From: an uncultured bacterium
Lineage (GTDB): Bacteria > Chlamydiota > Chlamydiia > Chlamydiales > SM23-39
DNA length: 64,000 nucleotides
Direction of reading: 5' to 3'
Assembly (NCBI GenBank): GCA_963716985.1
Contig: OY970323.1
Span: forward strand, 2,001,280 to 2,065,279
Shown here piece by piece: positions 28,901-37,900 of this stretch. A program made the translations under genes and the position numbers. Within the stretch, counting starts at the first letter, position 1; each line of letters opens with the position of its first letter. The notes under the pieces were generated by a model that worked only from the letters and a program-made list of their open reading frames with translations, searched no databases and was not told the origin of the DNA.

Positions 28901-31900
28901 GCCAATAAAATGGGTAAGGCCGCTCCCTGCCAATTGAGAAATCGAGGACGCGGTAACGGCCTGAAGCGTTACATTGCCCGCCGTTTGTATGGTGATTGCG
29001 CCAAGACGTGCAGTGCTTCCTATATTGCCGGAGGCGGAGGTCGAAATAGTTCCGGTCCCTGAGGTCATGTCAAAGGAAAATGCCCCATCGACCGTATGCA
29101 AAGAGATGGCCCCATTGCCGGTCGAGCTATCTAGTTTTGCGCTCGCGGTGAGCGTGATGCCGGAGCTAACGTTAGAGCCAAAGGTAATACTTGCCAAAGC
29201 TGGTGTTGCATTGGTGGTCGTGACATTTCCTGCCAGAGAAACATTTCCTGCGCCATTTTGCAAAAAGGCGCCATTCGAAGTGATCGTCTTGCCCGCGGTG
29301 GTTGTAAATAGGCCGGTATTGGCGATCGTAATGGGACCCGTCCCGGTGGTCGTGATGTTGTCTAAAAAGCTAATGGCAGCTCCTGCTAAATTGATGCCCA
29401 AGGATCCATTTGTATTGATTGCGCCGTTGAATGTGCTACTGCTCGTTCCCGTAAGAGCAATAGACGCGGCCGTGACGGCTTGTGTGCTGATCGTTCCATT
29501 ACAAGCGATGGACAGCGCTCCCAGGCGAGAAATCCCTCCAACAGCATTCGTGCATGTGATCGAACCTCCGCCTGTCGTCAAGAAAAGAGCAAAAGGTCCA
29601 TCGAGTGTGTTGTTACAATTAATGTTTCCCCCGCCCGTAGAGGTGTCCAGAGACGTGATTGCCATTAGGGTTACGGGCCCATTGAATGTAATGTTATTGG
29701 GCGTATTGTGCGTTTCGGTAATGGACCCTGCAAGTTGCACGCTTCCGGTACCCCCGGACTGGTTTTGGGTAAATGGACCGTCGACTGTGCAGATCGCGGA
29801 CGTGCTCAGCACCAGCGTTCCTGAAACCGTAAAAGTTGCGGGCCCCAAGTTCGCCGTGTTCAACGTATTATTCAGAGAGACGTTTTTCGTCGTCAAAACA
29901 AGTCCGGCAACACCACTAAAGTCCAGAGCCCCATTGAAAGTTGTTGTGCCCGTTCCGGCCGCTTGGCTCATGGAAGTAAGCGTCATCGCATTGGCAGTGA
30001 AATTATTCGTCGTATGAACGGTCACAGCGCCAAGTCGGGAAATTCCTCCGGCAATGCCCGTAAAGGTAATGTTGCCGCCTCCGGCCGTTAAATCAAGAGA
30101 TTGCGTTCCATTCACAGTATTTGAAAAAATGATATCTCCCACCTGGAGCAACGTACCGGTATTTAAGATCGTAGATCCCGTTAAAGTAATAGGCCTAAGT
30201 AAGGAAATGTCAAATCCATTCGTATTAATGGTCCCGGCAAGATTCGTAGAGCCGCTGCCCGTATCCGTAAATCCGCCGTCGGCGGAAATGATCACGCCGC
30301 CGGCGATTGTCAGAGTGCCGGAATGGCTGATGGAAACAGGGCCATTGCTTCCGTTTGCGGTTGTCACATTCGCATTCACTGCAAAATTTGTTCCCGTTAA
30401 ATTAACGCCTGAAGCGGTAGTGGTATTGACGGTGCCGTTAAAAGTTGTCGTTCCGCTGCCGGCGCTTTGCGTAAGAAAGCCCACAGCCATGGGAGCGGTT
30501 CCTGCCGTGGTCACATTATTTGCTTGTGGTATTGTAATCGATACTAAAGGATGAACCCCTCCGACTGCGCCCGTAAATGTAACGTTTCCTGTAGTTCCCG
30601 ATCGGAGTACAAGAGGTGTTGTTGCGGAAACGGCTCCGTTCAGCGTACCGGGAAAGCTAATCGTGGCTCCGGCGGGAGTTGCATTTGCATTGGTGCTATC
30701 AAGAGTAAAAGTTGAGGCTCCATTTACCTGCGTCGGCCCGTTCATGGTGATGGTTCCGCCGGCCGTAGTAATGTTGCCAAAAAGATTGATGAGAGTCGAT
30801 CCCGTGTAACTAACAAGTCCGGGAATTGTCGTCGATGTCTTGACCGTGCTGTCCTGGACAATCGTTGCAGCGGATATAGTCAGACTAGCCAAAGGTGTCG
30901 TAGCTCCGACAGCTCCCGTCAGTGTTGCCGTTCCGGTGCCGCAGGTGAGGGTAAGTGCATTCGCACCGTCAATTGTACTATTAAAGGTGGTAGTGAGATT
31001 GCTCGTCGAGGTAATAATGCTCGTTCCGGCAAGAGCAACTGCGGCCGGAAAGTTTAAGGGATTCGCTCCCGTCACCGTAATGTTGCTTCCTATCTGGATG
31101 GTTCCCGTACTGCTAGTAAAGGTAAGATTCGTTAACGCGGCTGTTGCTCCAACAGCTCCGCTCAGAGTAATCGTGTTCGAAACTCCGGTTCCATCTTTCA
31201 GAGTGAGAACAAACGCACCATTAATCGTGCTCGTAGATCCGCTGAACGTAATGTTATTGCCGGCAGGAGAGCCTCCGCCATTGGTCGTGTCTACCTGGAG
31301 GGTAGCGCCTAAAGTAACAGGACCGGTAAATGTAACAATTCCCGCGGCTGTAGTGAGACTTCCTCCCAGATTGATGGCAGTGGGCGCTGTGTAACTAATC
31401 GCTCCTGTAGTTTTGGCCGTACTACTCTGGGTAATCGTTGCCGCAGTTGCAGTTAGGCTAGTCAAAGGAGTTGTTGTTCCAACAGCTCCGCCCAATGTCG
31501 TGATGAACGCCCCTGTCCCACCATTCAATGTAAGGGCAAATGCTCCATTAATCGTGCTCGTAGATCCACTGAACGTAATGTTATTGCCGGCAGGAGAGCC
31601 TCCGCTATTGGTTGTGTCCACTTGGAGGGTAGCGCCTAAAGTAACAGGACCGGTAAATGTAACAATTCCCGCAGCTGTAGTGAGACTTCCTCCCAGATTG
31701 ATGGCAGTCGGTGCTGTGTAACTAATCGCTCCTGTAGTTTTGACCGTGCTGCTTTGGGTAATCGTTGCCGCAGTTGCAGTTAGGCTAGTCAAAGGAGTCG
31801 CTCCCCCAACAGCTCCGCCCAATGTCGTGATGAACGCCCCTGTCCCACCATTCAATGTAAGGGCAAATGCTCCATTAATCGTGCTCGTAGATCCACTGAA

Positions 31901-34900
31901 CGTAATGTTATTGCCGGCAGGAGAGCTATGGGTCGTGTCCACTTGGACAATTGCGTTCAAAGTAATGGGGCCGGTAAATGAAACGCTTCCCGCAGACGTA
32001 GTGAGATTTCCTCCCAGGTTGATGGCAGTCGGTGCTGTGTAACTAATCGCTCCTGTAGTTGCGACCGTTACCGTTGTGCTCTGGGTAATCGTTGCTGCAG
32101 TTGCAGTTAAGCTAGCTAGAGGCGTCGTCCCTCCAACTGCGCCTCCCAATGTAATCGTCCCCGCCGTTCCTCCCGTCAACCCAAGCGCAAAGGCGCCGTT
32201 GATCGTCGTCGAGCTTCCTGAGAAATTGATATTGGATCCAGCTGCGGTTCCCCCGCCATTTGTCGTATCGATCACCACACCGGCTGCCAATGTGACCGGA
32301 CCCGTCATCGTCACCGTGCCGCTGGTCGCTGTACTCGTAGTGATGTTGCCGCCCAGGCTGATACCAGTGCCTGAATAGCTCACCGCACCCGTCGTTTTAA
32401 CGGTCGAACTCTGGGTCACTGTTGATGCTGCGCTCGTAGCGCTCAAAGAAGTAATAGCAGTCGTTGCACCAACTGCACCGCCAAAGGTGATCGTCGCCGC
32501 ACCCGCCGTCGTAACGGTCAAATTGCGCGTATTGGCCGTTCCATCCGAATCGATCGTTGAATTAAAAGTCGCGCTGAAACCTGATGAGGGGCTAATCGTC
32601 ACGCTGGTTGCAGTCGCAGTCGGAGAATTGTTTAACAAAACAACGCGGCCGGCCGGGAAGGAAATGCTGCTATTCGTCGTCGTAACTGCAATGGTATTTT
32701 GTAGCTGGATCTGCCCGGTGGTCGCTGAAAAGTTCAAAGTCCCAATCGAGATCGTGCCTCTTAATACGGTGATTCCCGTCGTTGTATTGGTCAACGTGGC
32801 AATACTGCTGGTTGCCGCTCCATTGATGGGGCCCACTGTGATCGTGCCTGTTCCGGAGCTGGCTGTGAACGTCGAGGCGGCAGGGACTTGGATTGTGCCC
32901 GTTGTAAAGGTCAAGGCATTGTTATTGGTTGTAAATGTCGTGACTCCCGAGCTCAATTGAAAATTGGTCGCGGCGGTGTATGTTTGGGCATTGGCGTTAT
33001 AAGTTAAGCCATTGAAATTAATGGCGCCTAAACTCGTGAGTGCGGTAGCACCCGAAACGCCAGCAGAAGCTGCGCCGATGCTATTAACATTGATCGTTGC
33101 AGCGTTGGTTACAGTCAGAGTAGAGAGCGCCGACGACCCTCCAACTACGCCTCCCAGAGTCACCGTCCCTCCCGTTCCTCCATTCAACCCAAGCGCAAAG
33201 GCGCCGTTGATCGTCGTCGAACTTCCCGAGAAATTGATATTGGACCCGGCTGCTGTTCCTCCGCCATTTGTCGTATCGATCACCACACCAGCTGCCAATG
33301 TGACCGGGCCCGTCATCGTCACCGTGCCGGTGGCCGCTGTACTCGTGGTGATGTTGCCGCCCAGGCTGATGCCGTTGCCCGTGTAGCTCACTGCGCCCGT
33401 TGTTTTAACGCTCGAACTTTGCGTTAATGTGGTTCCGCTGTTTGCGGTTAGCGAAGCGATCGGCGTGATTCCTCCGACTGCTCCTCCTAGCGTAATCGTC
33501 CCCGCCGTGCCGCTCGTCAATCCAAGCGCAAAGGCACCGTTGATCGTCGTCGAAGATCCTGAGAAATTAATATTGGATCCAGCTGCGGTTCCTCCGCCAT
33601 TCGTCGTATCGATCACCACACCAGCTGCCAATGTGATAGGTCCTGTCATCGTTACCGTGCCGCTGGTCGCTGTACTCGTAGTGATGTTGCCGCCCAGGCT
33701 GATACCAGTGCCTGAATAGCTCACCGCACCCGTTGTTTTAACGGTCGAACTCTGGGTCACTGTTGATGCTGCGCTCGTAGCGCTCAAAGAAGTAATAGCA
33801 GTCGTTGCACCAACTGCACCGCCAAAGGTGATCGTCCCCGCACCCGCCGTCGTAACGGTCAAATTGCGCGTATTGGCCGTTCCATCCGAATCGATCGTTG
33901 AATTAAAAGTCGCGCTGAAACCTGATGAGGGGCTAATCGTCACGCTGGTTGCAGTCGCAGTCGGAGAATTGTTTAACAAAACAACGCGGCCGGCCGGAAA
34001 GGAAATGCTGCTATTCGTCGTCGTAACCGCAATGGTATTTTGTAGCTGGATCTGCCCGGTGGTCGCTGAGAAGTTCAAAGTCCCAATCGAGATCGTGCCT
34101 CTTAATACGGTGATTCCCGTCGTTGTATTGGTCAACGTGGCAATACTGCTGGTTGCCGCTCCATTGATGGGGCCCACTGTGATCGTGCCTGTTCCGGAGC
34201 TGGCTGTGAACGTCGAGGCGGCAGGGACTTGGATTGTGCCGGTTGTAAAAGTCAAGGCATTGTTATTGGTTGTAAATGTCGTGACTCCCGAGCTCAATTG
34301 GAAATTGGTCGCGGCGGTGTATGTTTGGGCATTGGCGTTATAAGTTAAGCCATTGAAATTAATGGCGCCTGAACTCGTGAGTGCGGTAGCACCCGAAACC
34401 CCCGCAGAAGCTGCGCCGATGCTATTAACATTGATCGTGGCGCTCGTAGCGCTCAAAGAAGTAATAGCAGTCGTTGCACCAACTGCACCGCCAAAGGTGA
34501 TCGTCCCCGCACCCGCCGTCGTAACGGTCAAATTGCGCGTATTGGCCGTTCCATCCGAATCGATCGTTGAATTAAAAGTCGCGCTGAAACCTGATGAGGG
34601 GCTAATCGTCACGCTAGTTGCAGTCGCAGCCGGAGAATTGTTTAACAAAACAGCGCGGCCGGCCGGGAAGGAAATACTGCTATTCGTCGTCGTAACTGCA
34701 ATGGTATTTTGTAGCTGGATCTGCCCGGTGGTCGCTGAAAAGTTCAAAGTCCCAATCGAGATCGTGCCTCTTAATACGGTGATTCCCGTCGTTGTATTGG
34801 TCAACGTGGCAATACTGCTGGTTGCCGCTCCATTGATGGGGCCCACTGTGATCGTGCCTGTTCCGGAGCTGGCTGTGAACGTCGAGGCGGCAGGGACTTG

Positions 34901-37900
34901 GATTGTGCCCGTTGTAAAGGTCAAGGCATTGTTATTGGTTGTAAATGTCGTGACTCCCGAGCTCAATTGAAAATTGGTCGCGGCGGTGTATGTTTGGGCA
35001 TTGGCGTTATAAGTTAAGCCATTGAAATTAATGGCGCCTAAACTCGTGAGTGCGGTAGCACCCGAAACGCCAGCAGATGCTGCGCCGATGTTATTCACAT
35101 TGATCGTTGCAGCGTTGGTTACGGTTAGGCTGGCGAGCGCCGACGACCCTCCAACTACGCCGCCCAAAGTCACCGTCCCTCCCGTTCCTCCATTCAACCC
35201 AAGCGCAAAGGCGCCATTGATCGTAGTCGAAGATCCTGAGAAATTAATATTGGATCCAGCTGCGGTTCCCCCGCCATTTGTCGTATCGATCACCACACCA
35301 GCTGCCAATGTGACCGGGCCCGTCATCGTCACTGTGCCGCTGGTCGCTGTGCTCGTGGTGATGTTGCCGCCCAGGCTGATGGCAGTTGGTGCGGTATAAC
35401 TAATCGCCCCTGTAGTTTTGACCGTGCTGCTCTGGGTAATCGTTGCTGCAGTTGCAGTGAGACTGGCCAAAGGAGTCCCTCCGCCAACAGCTCCCGTAAG
35501 TGTTGCTCCTCCGGTTCCGCAGGTGAGGGTAAGTGCATTGGCACCATTGATCGTGCTACTAAAGGAGATAGGGAAACTACTACCCGTTGAGTTGATGAGG
35601 CTTGTCCCGTTTACGCTCACCGCGGCCGGGAAGTTTAAGGAGCTTGCTCCCGTTAGCCTGATGTTGCTTCCAATTTGGATCGTTCCTGTACTGCTACTAA
35701 AACCAAGACCTGCTAATGCCGTAGTTCCTCCAACAGCACCACCCAAAGTAATCGTGTTCGTAGATCCACTATCTAAAAGAAGATTAAATGCACCATTAAC
35801 CGTGCTCGTAGATCCACTGAAAGCAATGCTATTGCCGCTGCCGGCAGGACCTACTCCATTGGTCGTGTCCACCAAGATGTTGTTTCCTAAAACAACGGGA
35901 CCGGTAAATGTAACGGTTCCTGCAGCTGTCGTGAGATTTCCTCCCAGATTGGTGGCAGTCGGTGCTGCGTAACTAATACCGCCTGTAGTTTTGACCGTGC
36001 TGCTCTGGGTAATCGTTGCTGCAGAAACAACAAGGCTACCTAAAGGTGTCGTGGCTCCGACAGCTCCGCCGAATGTCGTGGTAAACGCCCCCGTTCCCCC
36101 TAGCAGGGTAAGAGCAAATGTACCATTAATCGTGCTCGTAGATCCGGTGAAAGTAATGCTGTTGCCGGCAGGAGCGCTATTAGTCGTGTCCACCTGTACG
36201 GCAGTGCTCAGCGTAACAGGCCCGGTAAATGACACGCTTCCACCTGATGTGGTAAGATTTCCTCCCAGGTTGATGGCAGTGCCTGTGTAACTAATCGCTC
36301 CTGTAGTTGCGACCGTGCTATCCTGATTAATCGTTGCAGCAGAGACAACGGCGAAACTGGCCAAAGGTGTTGTGGCTCCGACAGCTCCCGTAAGTGTTGC
36401 CGTTCCGGTTCCGCAGGTGAGGGTAAGTTGATTGGCACCGTTGATCGTACTACTAAAAGTGGTGGTGAGGTTACTCGTTGAGTTGATGACGCTTGTCCCG
36501 ATTACGTTCACTGGAGTCGGGAAATTTAAGGGATTCGCGCCTGTCACCCTGATGTTGCCTCCTATCTGGATGGTTCCCGCGGGGCTAGTAAAGGTAAGAT
36601 TTGTTAACGCGGTTGTTCCTCCAACAGCTCCGCCCAGAGTAATTGTTGAGCTCGAAGCTCCGGTTGCGTCTTGCAGAGTGAGAGCAAATGCGCCATTAAT
36701 CGTGCTTGTAGAACCGCTGAATGTAATGTTATTTCCGGCACCAACGTTTTTGGTCGTGTCCACCATAAGGCTCGTTCCCAAAACAACAGGACCGGTAAAT
36801 GTAACGCTTCCGCCTGATGTAGTGAGATTTTGGTTCAGGTTAATGGCAGTAGGGGCAGTGAAGCTAATAGCTCCGATAGTTTTTACTGTGTTGCTTGGTG
36901 TAATCGTCGATCCGCTCACTGTAAGAGAACTCAAAGCAGCAGACGTGGAGGATCCTCCAACAATAGCGGAAAAAGTAACCACTCCCGCCCCGGCATTAAT
37001 GTTTAAAGAAGAGTTGGTCCCTTGGCTTTGCACCTGTCCGGTAAAACTCACAGCACCGCCGCTCGTATTAATGATCAAGTTTTTTTGCAATTGAACGAAT
37101 ACACTATCGTTAAAATCAACTGCTCCACCTCCGGAAGTAATCGTTACCGGATTGGTGATCACAGAAAGGTTGGCGAAGGTTGAAAAGACAATCGCCGCAT
37201 TATTGGTCTGTATATTGGCTCCAAGAGATACGGATGCAAAGAGGTCATTTCCCTGAAATGTTAGAGTTACTCCACCAGTTGTTATATTAATGGGCGCATT
37301 GGATTCTTGTGTGATGGTTTCCCCACACAATATCACATTCGAAGCTGCACCATTAATTTGCGTCGTTCCAATGGTAGTAGGTGTTGATGTGTCTGCACAG
37401 TAGAGAGGCAAGCTTCCCGAAGAGCCGGATACAATGTCAAGTGTACTTGGGTCTAAAAGCCAATCTCCCGGCTTTCCCGCAGGCGAAAGAGAATTAACCC
37501 ATCCGGTCATACAACCAAGATTTTTCCTGCCGGAGGTTTCGACAAAACCTCCATTTCCTCCTTTCTCTCCGCCGCGCGTGTAGATCTTGCCGTTGAAAAG
37601 CGTATTTCCATCCGACCAGAGAATGACCCGCCCGCCATTTCCTTCGGTTTTCGCATCCGCGAAGATGCACGATTCCGCATCCATGGAAGTGGAAAGGGAG
37701 TTGCGCAAAGGACCTTTTCCCTGATAACTTCCCCCAATAAAGACCTCTCCTCCCCCAAAAAGACCCGACGCATCGATCTTGGATTTTTGAAGAGAGATGT
37801 CCGCTCCCTCTAAAATGACCCGGCCTCCCTTCTCTCCGGAAACGTCTATTTTCCCGGAAATTTGTAGCTCCTCGCCATTGAGATGCACCTCTTTAGAAGT

